Shown here: positions 54,481 to 64,000 of the stretch, in pieces
How positions within the stretch are numbered: the stretch's first letter is position 1
How the letters are laid out: each line of letters begins with the position of its first letter
Made by a program: the position numbers and the translations under genes
NCBI GenBank assembly: GCA_026770705.1
Contig: JANJGN010000163.1
Location: 434,001-498,000, forward strand
Origin: Isurus oxyrinchus
Taxonomy: Eukaryota
Reading direction: 5' to 3'
DNA length: 64,000 nt
The notes under the pieces: model-generated
Databases searched by the model: none
What the model was told of the DNA's origin: nothing
What the model saw: the letters and a program-made list of their open reading frames with translations, nothing else

Positions 54481-54532
54481 AATGACATCACTTCCGCACG
54501 CAGCCATATCACGAGGCGCAGCGGCAGTATAA
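54481..54532 (+). promoter_or_regulatory. V-beta promoter: CRE-like decamer, adjacent Ets core, TATA-like motif
   Basis: AATGACATCA (54481-54490) is one mismatch from the TCR V-beta decamer AGTGAYRTCA. ACTTCC follows immediately, and TATAA is at 54528-54532. The decamer starts 113 bp upstream of the leader ATG. Confidence 0.75.
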
Positions 54533-54593
54533 CTCCAGTCTGTGAAAGCGGGCGGAGCTGCGAGTTTGAGAGAGCGTGTGAAAGTCCCGCATC

Positions 54594-55523
54594 ATGGGCT
54601 GGACAGTGAATCTCTCTGCACTGTTGCTGCTGCTGCTACCAGGTTACAATGAATATTTGTAAGGGGGAATGGGCTCCCTGTTGCTGAAGCGACAATTCAT
54701 TCAGTTGGATCATTTGTAGAATTGGATATTGTTGAGCTCGGTGTTGCCAGTCATAGTGCGGAAGTTGCATTCTGCCAAAGTAACTGGGAACAATAGACGG
54801 GCGGGGAATATCTGCTGGACAAAGGGTTGAGGGAAAGGGGATAGGACTACATACAAATGCAAAGCCCCTTGGCAGCCGAGCTGGGGAGGTGAGCAGCCTC
54901 ACTGAGCAGGAAGAGTCCGTCTCACTGGAGAGTTAAAGTGTGTGGGGCGCGGCGAACGCGGCTGAGTTAGCGGTGTGGGGTATGGGAAGCTGCTGGGCAG
55001 GAGTATTGCACACAAATCTGCACCCAGGACAAGTATCTCCAGAGAGCGCCGCTACCACTGAGCTGGGGCGACACTGGGCACCCAGACATTATGGTTCTGT
55101 TTCTGGGTGAAGGGAGCTGAGCGACCGAGAGCTGCGCTGTGAGATTCGACAATAGCTTTCTCCACATCCTGATGGTGCCAGTTCATTTCTGATCCGCTCT
55201 GTCTCTCACCTCCCTCCTCAGCCTCCTGCAGGAGCGCCCTGGTTTCCCAGTGGCCGAGCCGTCTGTCCGTTAGAGAGGGGGACACGGTGGAGATGGGCTG
55301 TTACCAGAACGATACCAGCGAGAGCTACATGTACTGGTATCGGCAGCACCCCGGAGCAGGGCTGCAGCTCATGGTCACCTCGGTGGGTACCTCAGAGCCC
55401 AGGCCTGAAGATGGTTTCAAGAAGAGGTTTAATGTGACCAGACCCGAGATTAAGTTGTTCAGCCTGAAAATACTGAGCGTGGAGCTGACTGACACTGCGG
55501 TTTATTACTGCGCTGCGAGTGAA
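54594..55523 (+). CDS. TRBV: TCR beta-type V gene segment V2, apparently intact (leader exon 54594-54642, V exon 55222-55523)
   Basis: The 49-nt leader MGWTVNLSALLLLLLP-G|GT splices in phase 1 to CCTCAG|CC, giving ASCRSALVSQWPSRLSVREGDTVEMGCYQNDTSESYMYWYRQHPGAGLQLMVTSVGTSEPRPEDGFKKRFNVTRPEIKLFSLKILSVELTDTAVYYCAASE. It has the canonical C/W/C, a 23-RSS and a decamer promoter. The beta assignment rests on CxQ..MYWYRQ, RF..TR, CAAS and the decamer. Confidence 0.9.
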
Positions 55524-55562
55524 CACAGAGACTCAAACTGCTGCCGGGCTGGGTCTAAAACC
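55524..55562 (+). other. 23-RSS of V2
   Basis: CACAGAG (55524-55530) + 23 bp + TCTAAAACC (55554-55562). Confidence 0.9.
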
Positions 55563-55859
55563 TTTAAATTAACCCTTTAAAGCGCATCACTCACCAAACT
55601 CCAACTTAAGCACTCTAATGCAACCCAAAGCTGCACTCCTACACTGACCAGTGTCTGGTTTTCCAAAAGAAAACTTACGATTTGATAAAACAATCCTTTC
55701 CAACACTGCCTGAGTGACAATTCAAAATTGACAGCATCGCTTCAATACTTTTCAACGCAGTAGAAATATCCTGGGGTGAATCGTGGACTCTTACAGGACA
55801 GAGTATTCATTTATTTCTATTGTGCCTCTTTGAATCGGCTCCATACTTCATTTCACTAC

Positions 55860-56150
55860 TTATTTCCTCAAAGCGCCTCCGATAAACCTTGTTCCAAGAC
55901 ATTGCCAAATATCTCCTCAAAGTTCCCATTCAATCTGCTTCCTGCATCATTTCAGACAATACAATCCAACTAATAATAGCTTCAATGAGATATAAGTACC
56001 ATCCTTTTAATCTCCCCTGTTGTACGTTTGTGAATCACCTTTAGGGCTGTGCCCTCTGTTCCCCAAATACTATCAAAGTGACCTGCTTCCCCTTATTTAC
56101 CCCATCCAAACCGGACATCATTGTGAACAGACACATCCCGTCTATTCTAA
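55860..56150 (-). mobile_element. Possible very old CR1-like LINE 3' fragment
   Basis: Loose resemblance (AATCACCTTTAGGGCTGTGCCCTCTG...CCCCTTATTTACCCCATCCAAACC...ATTGTGAACA) to antisense CR1 3' ends as recalled; no motif-bearing ORF. Confidence 0.3.
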
Positions 56151-56623
56151 GCATTCTCTGGCCAATGATGTCCGGCACCTTTCCTTCACTGCTGCTGGGA
56201 CTGGTCTCTGAAGGAAATAACTGGGAACAGTGCTAATGGAGTCCTCCTGAGATGCCGTTGGAGAAATGAGGGGAGCTCCGACAGGTTTAACAATCGCCTC
56301 AGGTGAGATATCTCTCCCTACGCTTCACATAGGCAATCGGTACGAATCTTTATACACAGCCCCCATCAGATGCAATGTCCTGCACCTTGCCAGACAACGC
56401 CATGTACTTATCATTCTGCTATCCACAGACAGGAAAAGGGGTGGCTGTTTGTCTCGGGTAAGAAACGGGCCAGTAAACACCTTGTGGGTGTTGCTGAAAT
56501 GTTGTCGTCTCCACACCCCCAAACCCGAGAGGTGTGACAGCGGATTTGGAGCTGCAGTGTGTCTGTCTGAGAGCTGGGATGGAGCAGAAGGATTGACCCA
56601 GGGTGGTTCATGATTCCAGCACC

Positions 56624-57423
56624 ATGCTGCACAGTGCTTTCCTGTACCTCATGTTTCTGCTGCTCCCAGGTTACTTTTCATCCTTTGTAGGCCAACCCTG
56701 GCCGCTCTAAACCTGCTTTTGGGGGGAAACTTCAATTCTTGGAGCATTAGAAGCTGCAGAAAGGCTTCGGTCAGTGAAGAGATTGAGCAGGTTCCTTACT
56801 GACTGAAGCAGTGAGTGGCTGTGGTCTGGAGAATACATTGCATGAGAGGCTGGGGAAGCAGCTGCAACTTGTGCCCCACACAAGGGACAGGGTAAATTTC
56901 CAAATGGGGTAATATTGCTCGGGCTGACGGTAAAGGGCACGGGAGTGGGGGTTTAATTGGAAATGGCCTCGCCAGAGATGGGCAGGCACGGTTCCCCTAT
57001 CCAATTCTACGGATTCTAGTGGTTTAAAATGTACAGAACCGGCCCCATCACCAGAAAGTTGATGTTTGACCCGATGTGCCTGTGGTTTGTTTTTTAATGT
57101 AATAAAAGTGTTTCTCTGTAGCTGTCTGCAGGAGCGCTCTCATTACCCAGTGGCCCAAGAGATTGTCCGTGGGAAAAGGGGAGATGGTGGAGATGGGCTG
57201 TTACCAGAACGACAGCAGTGACAGCTCCATGTCCTGGTACCGTCAGCACCACCGGGCAGGGCTGCAGCTCATGGTCACCTCGCTGGGTACCTCAGAGCCC
57301 AGGCCTGAAGAGGGGTTCAAGGAGAGGTTTGAAGTGACGAGACACAACACCAAGTGGTGCAGCCTGAAAATACTGAGCGTGGAGCTGACTGACACTGCGG
57401 TTTATTACTGCGCTGCTGGTGAA
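56624..57423 (+). CDS. TRBV: TCR beta-type V gene segment V3, open frame (leader exon 56624-56669, V exon 57122-57423)
   Basis: ACCATG leader MLHSAFLYLMFLLLP-G|GT (46 nt, phase 1) joins TCTCTGTAG|CT, giving AVCRSALITQWPKRLSVGKGEMVEMGCYQNDSSDSSMSWYRQHHRAGLQLMVTSLGTSEPRPEEGFKERFEVTRHNTKWCSLKILSVELTDTAVYYCAAGE. Confidence 0.88.
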
Positions 57424-57462
57424 CACAGAGACTCAAACAGGTGTAGATCTTGTTCAAAAATA
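57424..57462 (+). other. 23-RSS of V3
   Basis: CACAGAG + 23 bp + TCAAAAATA. Confidence 0.9.
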
Positions 57463-57566
57463 TCCCCACTCTGTTCTACTGGGAGCTAAAACCTCTGTAA
57501 ACTCCAGTAAGTGGTGGTGCTGCAACCACCTGGATATTGGTGAAGATCTATGTGGTTTTTACTGCA

Positions 57567-57847
57567 ACCTTCCCAGTGGATAAAATGTCCCAAAGCCTTT
57601 CAGTCTGACCTGAATGACAAGTCCAAACCTACCTCCCACAGCAAATCCTTTCCATAATGAAGACCAATAAAAACAAAGAGGCTGGAATAAGCGGCGGATT
57701 ATACAGGGCAGCGCCCTCCCCCCGGCCTATCGCACCTATTTGAAACTGTTCTAAGGGTTCATCTCATTCCAACAGTGACTAATCTGTGCTTTTCCAATGT
57801 TCCCACAGACACTGCGGCTTGTCCCTGCGCTGCTGGTGTTCACAGGG
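57567..57847 (+). pseudogene. Degenerate V relic, duplicate copy
   Basis: Copy of 49061-49341 at +8506. Confidence 0.65.
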
Positions 57848-58144
57848 ACTCGGACATGAAATCAGGAGCCAGTCCTGATAGGGCTGTGAGCTGGTCAGCT
57901 CCAAATCTCCATGAAGAATCCATCATTAACCGCTCTCTCTCCTTTACCAAATTACCTCATTGTGAAATGGTAAAATCCAGCTGGCCAATCAAAAATAATA
58001 TTAACAAATCCAACCAGAATAATAATCACCTTCCAAATGAGATATAAGCTGGCGCGTTAACACTTCAAATAAGAAGCGCAAGTCCTTTCGGGGAGGTTTG
58101 TGTGAAGCAAATCTTCATACACAGGCTGGAGGGAAACTAGCAAA

Positions 58145-58399
58145 CTCTCTCTCTCTCTCTACACCCCCCACTCCCCCCACCCCCCCACTCCCCCCTCCCC
58201 ACTCGCCCCACACCCCACTGCCCCCAATACCCCCACACCCCTCCCCCACCCCCCAGTCCCTGCTACCCCCTCCAACCACTCACCCTCCCTCCCACTGCCC
58301 CCACTCACTCTCCCCATTCTCCCACTCACTGCACCCTGCCCCCACTCCCTCCCCCCTCCCCCTCCCCTTCTCCGTCCCCCCTCCTTCCACTCCCCCCTT
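58145..58399. repeat. (CT)8 plus C-rich tract, duplicate copy
   Basis: Copy of 49639-49893 with one C>G at 58205. Confidence 0.9.
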
Positions 58400-61300
58400 C
58401 CCGCTGACATGGGTGGTGCTGTTGTTGTCTGGCGCACTGACCTCTACCTCACAGAGGCTCTGCGTCAACTCGCAGACACTTCCTCCTACCTCTCCCTGGA
58501 CCATGACCCCACCACTGAACATCAAGCCATTGTTTCCAGGACTGTCACTGACCTCATCTCCTCTGGGGATCTTCCTCCCACAGCTTCCAACCTGATAGTC
58601 GCCCAACCTCGGACGGCCCGCTTCTATCTCCTACCCAAAATCCACAAACAGAACTGCCCCGGTAGACCGATCGTCTCAGCTTGCTCCTGCCCCACAGAAC
58701 TCATTTCTCGTTATCTTGCCTCCCTTCTCTCTCCCCTTGTCCAGTCCCTTCCCACCTACATCCGTGATTCCTCTGACACCTTACGTCACATCAACAATTT
58801 CCAGTTCCCTGGCCCCAACCGCTTCCTCTTCACCATGGACGTCCAATCCCGCTACACCTCCATCCCCCACCAGGATGGTCTGAGGGCCCTTAGCTTCTTC
58901 CTCGAACAGAGGCCCGAACAATCCCCATCCACCACTACTCTCCTCCGTCTGGCTGAACTTGTTCTCATACTGAACAATTTCTCCTTCAACTCCTCTCACT
59001 TCCTCCAAATAAAAGGTGTGGCTATGGGTACCCACATGGGCCCCAGCTATGCCTGTCTCTTTATGGGGTATGTGGAACATTCCTTGTTCCAGTCCTACTC
59101 CGGCCCCCTTCCACAACTCTTTCTCCGGTACATCGATGATTACTTCGGTGCTGCTTCATGCTCTCGTCGGGACTTGGAAAAATTTATTAATTTTGCTTCC
59201 AATCTCCATCCCTCCATCATTTTCACGTGGTCCATCTCTGACACTTCCTTTCCCTTCCTTGACCTTTCTGTCTCAATCTCTGGTGATAGACTGTCCACCA
59301 ATATCCATTAGAAACCCACCGACTCCCACAGCTACCTTGACTACAGCTCCTCACACCCCGCTTCCTGTAAGGACTCCATCCCATTCTCCCAGTTCCTTCG
59401 CCTTCGTCGCATCTGTTCCGATGATGCTACCTTCAAAAACAGTTCCTCTGACATGTCCTCCTTCTTCCTTAACCGAGGTTTTCCACCCACTGTTGTTGAC
59501 AGGGCCCTCAACTGTGTCCGGCCCATCTCCCGCACATCCGCCCTCACACCTTCTCCTCCCTCCCAGAAACATGATAGTGTCCCCCTTGTCCTCACTTATC
59601 ACCCCACCAGCCTCCGCATTCAAAGGATCATCCTCCGCCATTTCCGCCAACTCCAGCATGATGCCCCCACCAAACACATCTTCACTTTCACTCCCACGGT
59701 GGCATTCCGCAGGGATTGTTCCCTCCGGGACACCCTGGTCCACTCCTCCATCACCCCCTACTCCTCAACCCCCTCCTATGGCACCACCCCATGCCCACGC
59801 AAAAATTGTAACACCTGCCCCTTCACTTCCTCTCTCCTCACCGTCCAAGGGCCCAAACATTCCTTTCAAGTGAAGCAGCATTTCACTTGCATTTCCACAA
59901 CTTAGTCTACTGCATTCGATGCTCCCAATGTGGTGTCCTCTACATTGGAGAGACCAAACGTAAACTGGGCGACCGCTTTGCAGAACACCTGCGGTCTGTC
60001 CGCAAGAATGACCCAGACCACCCTGTCGCTTGCCATTTTAACACTCCACCCTGCTCTCTTGCCCACATGTCTGTCCTTGGCTTACTGCATTGTTCCAGTG
60101 AAGCCCAACGCAAACTGGAGGAACAGCACCTCATCTTCCGACTAGGCACCTTACAGCCTTCCGGTCTGAATATTGAATTCAATAACTTTAGGTCGTGAGC
60201 TCCCTCCCCCATCCCCACCCCCTTTCTGTTTCTTCCCCCTTCCTTTTGTTTTTTTTCCAATAAATTATATAGATTTGTCTTTTTACCAGCTATTTCCATT
60301 ATTTTTAAATATTTTTAAATCTTTTATGCTCCCCCACCCCCACTAGAGCTATATCTTGAGTGCCCTACCATTCATTCTTAATTAACACATTCGTTTAGAT
60401 AATATCACCAACTTTAATACCTATGTGTTCTTTTGTTCTGTTGTCTGTGACATCTTTTGTTGATCTGCTTCAATCGCTGCTTGTTGGTCCCTACAACCAC
60501 ACCACCCCCCTCCACTTCTCTCCCCCCACCCAACCCACACCTCTCCCCCCAACCCCCCACCCCCACCTTAAACCAGCTTATATTTCACCCCTTCCTTGGA
60601 TTCACCTAGTTCTGTCGAAGGGTCATGAGGACTCGAAACGTCAACTCTTTTCTACTCCCCCGATGCTGGCAGTTTTTTGTTTTTATCTGTGATTAATTGA
60701 CTGCCCCTGCTCTTCCAGAAATGCCTACCTCCTTGAAGAAGTTCTGTTCGTCTCTGCGACACGATGTACATATCTCTCTGTTGCCTTGTTCACCTTCATT
60801 GCTTTCCATTTCTCTCCTGGTGTTTGACAAGGTGTTTATTAAAACCCGCTTTCACAGCCATATCTCCTTTCTCAGTGACTGTCTCCGTCTCCGAATTACC
60901 CCACGTGGATTTCAACTGAAATTCCACCCCTCATGGTTTCGAACCCACCCAGGATTAGAGATATTTCCGGGACATAAAACGTTTCTCAGACTGGTGTTCC
61001 CGTCACATTCTGAAATCCACACTCAGTGCCATGCGCCGCCATATGAACACACTCGACCTCTCCCTCCAGCAGCACCGCCGTACCCTTTTTCAAAGTTGCG
61101 CGTGCCCCCAGTTTCATTTTATTCTTCGTCCTATCCGATGCCTCAACAAGAAACTTTTTCTCTTTCTCTCAAGTGCTAAGGAACGCAAGCTCCAACAACT
61201 CATCGACCGTCACAGCCATCTAGGACCCTCCACCCCTGCCCGTCCCTCCGTCCCCACCCCATCTTCCAATCCCAAGCCCAGCCGTGTATTCACTATACCC

Positions 61301-61850
61301 CTGACCTTCCCCTCTCCGATGCTGAACGTTCAGTGCTCAGCAAAGGACTTAGTTTCATACCCTTACGCCCTCACCGCAATGAATTTCGGGCTTGGCACGA
61401 TGCTGAACTCTTCTTCCGCCGTCTTCGTCTCCGGGCTCACTTCATTGGGCAGGAGTCCTCTCCCAGTTCAACGGATCCTTTTACCCATCTCCAATATTCT
61501 CCCTCCACCTGGACCCCTCCCTCTGGATTCTTACCTTCTCTTGAACTTTTCATTGAGAACAGTCGGCGCGACATTAGTCGTCTCAATTTCTCTGCTCCTC
61601 TCACCCATTCTAACCTGTCTCTCTCTGAACTTAGTTCACTCCATTCTCTCAGGTCCAACCCTGACATTGTCATCAAACCCGCTGACAAGTGTGGTGCTGT
61701 TGTTGTCTGGCGCACTGACCTCTACCTCGCGGAGGCTGAGCGTCAACTCGCAGACACTTCCTCCTACCTCTCCCTGGACCATGACCCCACCACTGAACAT
61801 CAAGCCATTGTTTCCAGGACTGTTACTGACCGCATCTCCTCTGGGGATCT
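58400..61850 (+). mobile_element. Penelope-like retroelement (Neptune-type), copy B
   Basis: Same ORF fragments, stop and frameshifts as copy A at +8506, so it was copied by the segmental duplication and not by transposition. Confidence 0.93.
60608..60646 (+). ncRNA. Minimal hammerhead ribozyme-like motif, copy B
   Basis: Identical to 52102-52140. Confidence 0.8.
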
Positions 61851-62986
61851 GGTAAAAGTCACCAGATCATTGATGAAGGGTGTCCGATTTCCCACAAGAT
61901 TGTGACTGGCTAGAACAATGTCTCAGCTTCTCAACAGTTCGGAACCCCAAACTCAGCACCTCCCAAAGCGGAGGGAATTAGCTCGAGTGAAAGGTGAAGG
62001 TTAACACGGGGACAGTGTTCAGTTCAAACTGCTTCATATCCCTTCTCAGTAATTCCATTCCCTCAAAGCGACAGGGAAATAATGTTCCATTCAAATCTCT
62101 TCTCAAAGTTCCCGCTGTATCTGCTTCCTGTAACCTCTTAATAACACAATCAGTTAGAATTAAAAATCACCTGAATCTCCCCTGTCGGCCGTTTATGAAT
62201 CCACTTTAATCGGCGACCCCCGTTCCCTTAGATTATTGTCAAGGGGAAAAGCTTCAGTCCTAAATCTAACCATGGCCCTAATGTGGAACATATCTATCAG
62301 ATCGGCACTCAGCTTGATCTGGCTGAATAATGGCTGTCCGTGTTTCCTCGCTGCTACTTATACTGTCGGGTAAGAGCAATAGCTTGTTATGGGACGTCAA
62401 AGTCAGTTCCCTGTGCAGAGAGCCTGAGCTGCCGAGTGGAGACATTAGACCAACTCGAGAGGATTGGACAGGGTTTCCACATGAACTATCTCTCCACAGG
62501 CCACATGCGGCCAACTGGTTCCAATCTTTGCAACCAATCATCTGTAACACAATGCACATTGCCAGGCAGCCGGACCACCTGTATTGTTAACCCCACCCAG
62601 TGACCAGGCAGGAAAGAGTCATCTGCCTTGTTTGGAGGGACAATGGGGGAGGGGGTTTTCTCTGGACCTCCATGATATGCAGCCACTTCCACAGCCAAGC
62701 GAAAGGCGGGGCGACATTCAACAACCGAGGCAGGACCTTCCTAGGGCGCTTTGACTGGAACATTCCTTCCCAGTTAGGAACGGGCTATAATTGCTGGGCT
62801 GGGCCAGTGAAGGCCACATCCCGGGAACAAATAAGGAAACAAAAGCCCCTGAGTAAATTCCGGCCATGGATCCAATTTCCACATGGCAGTCAGAGCTGGA
62901 TATTCATCCTTCTCACCTGGCCGGCTACGGAAGGGCCACCTGCTGTGCTTTGGTCAGCAAGGACCTGTCCTGTTGAGTGAGCTTCC

Positions 62987-63038
62987 AATGACATCACTTC
63001 CGCACGCAGCCATATCACGAGGCGCAGCGGCAGTATAA
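62987..63038 (+). promoter_or_regulatory. V-beta promoter decamer/Ets/TATA-like, duplicate copy
   Basis: AATGACATCACTTCC at 62987; copy of 54481-54532. Confidence 0.75.
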
Positions 63039-63099
63039 CTCCAGTCTGTGAAAGCGGGCGGAGCTGCGAGTTTGAGAGAGCGTGTGAAAGTCCCGCATC

Positions 63100-64000
63100 A
63101 TGGGCTGGACAGTGAATCTCTCTGCACTGTTGCTGCTGCTGCTACCAGGTTACAATGAATATTTGTAAGGGGGAATGGGCTCCCTGTTGCTGAAGCGACA
63201 ATTCATTCAGTTGGATCATTTGTAGAATTGGATATTGTTGAGCTCGGTGTTGCCAGTCATAGTGCGGAAGTTGCATTCTGCCAAAGTAACTGGGAACAAT
63301 AGACGGGCGGGGAATATCTGCTGGACAAAGGGTTGAGGGAAAGGGGATAGGACTACATACAAATGCAAAGCCCCTTGGCAGCCGAGCTGGGGAGGTGAGC
63401 AGCCTCACTGAGCAGGAAGAGTCCGTCTCACTGGAGAGTTAAAGTGTGTGGGGCGCGGCGAACGCGGCTGAGTTAGCGGTGTGGGGTATGGGAAGCTGCT
63501 GGGCAGGAGTATTGCACACAAATCTGCACCCAGGACAAGTATCTCCAGAGAGCGCCGCTACCACTGAGCTGGGGCGACACTGGGCACCCAGACATTATGG
63601 TTCTGTTTCTGGGTGAAGGGAGCTGAGCGACCGAGAGCTGCGCTGTGAGATTCGACAATAGCTTTCTCCACATCCTGATGGTGCCAGTTCATTTCTGATC
63701 CGCTCTGTCTCTCACCTCCCTCCTCAGCCTCCTGCAGGAGCGCCCTGGTTTCCCAGTGGCCGAGCCGTCTGTCCGTTAGAGAGGGGGACACGGTGGAGAT
63801 GGGCTGTTACCAGAACGATACCAGCGAGAGCTACATGTACTGGTATCGGCAGCACCCCGGAGCAGGGCTGCAGCTCATGGTCACCTCGGTGGGTACCTCA
63901 GAGCCCAGGCCTGAAGATGGTTTCAAGAAGAGGTTTAATGTGACCAGACCCGAGATTAAGTTGTTCAGCCTGAAAATACTGAGCGTGGAGCTGACTGACA
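63100..64000 (+). CDS. TRBV: TCR beta-type V gene segment V4 (duplicate of V2; leader 63100-63148, V exon from 63728, cut by window end)
   Basis: Sequence matches V2 at +8506 through ...SVELTD at the window edge. Confidence 0.88.

Larger units (their letters stand above)
48748..57253 (+). repeat. 8506-bp tandem segmental duplication, unit 1
   Basis: Every ORF from 49269 on recurs at +8506 with an essentially identical translation. RSS heptamers sit at 48918 and 57424. Near-identity starts in FR2 of the V exon. Confidence 0.97.
57254..64000 (+). repeat. 8506-bp tandem segmental duplication, unit 2 (truncated by window end)
   Basis: Copy of 48748-55494; only about 8 substitutions were noticed by eye. 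Confidence 0.97.

Noticed and set aside
53488-56211. Short ORFs in V promoter, intron and intergenic DNA (and their duplicates)
   Set aside because: No recognisable motifs; recurrence is explained by the segmental duplication.
57355-57363. Extra cysteine in FR3 (KWCSLKI) of V1/V3 as a sign of NAR-TCR-like interdomain disulfides
   Set aside because: Cys at this FR3 position occurs in ordinary TRBV genes. V3 has its own leader and beta-type motifs, and no IgNAR-like V-D-J cassette is present.
58400-61850. Second PLE as evidence of current transposition
   Set aside because: It shares the same stop, frameshifts and flanks as copy A, so it was copied passively in the 8506-bp duplication.

Overview
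Vertebrate genomic DNA, most likely from a cartilaginous fish (shark); this is judged from repeat families recognised from memory and from the V-gene style, not from a database search. Bases 1-47450 are one uninterrupted satellite array of a 44-bp monomer (CTGGAATTGACAATCTAATTAGATATCAGACTTGGGATGTCAAC). It holds 1078 full units plus 18 bp, stays in register throughout, and has nested multi-kb higher-order duplications. The array runs directly into a SINE-like body and a decayed antisense LINE fragment. From ~48.6 kb to the window end lies a cluster of T-cell-receptor beta-type V gene segments on the + strand. These are one frameshifted V, two intact leader+V genes with 23-bp-spacer RSSs, a copy of one of them cut by the window edge, and two V relics. 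Most of the cluster is an 8506-bp near-identical tandem duplication whose left edge falls inside a V exon. Each unit carries a decayed, circularly permuted Penelope-like (Neptune-type) retroelement with RT, GIY-YIG endonuclease and a minimal hammerhead-ribozyme motif. No D, J or C segments are visible.
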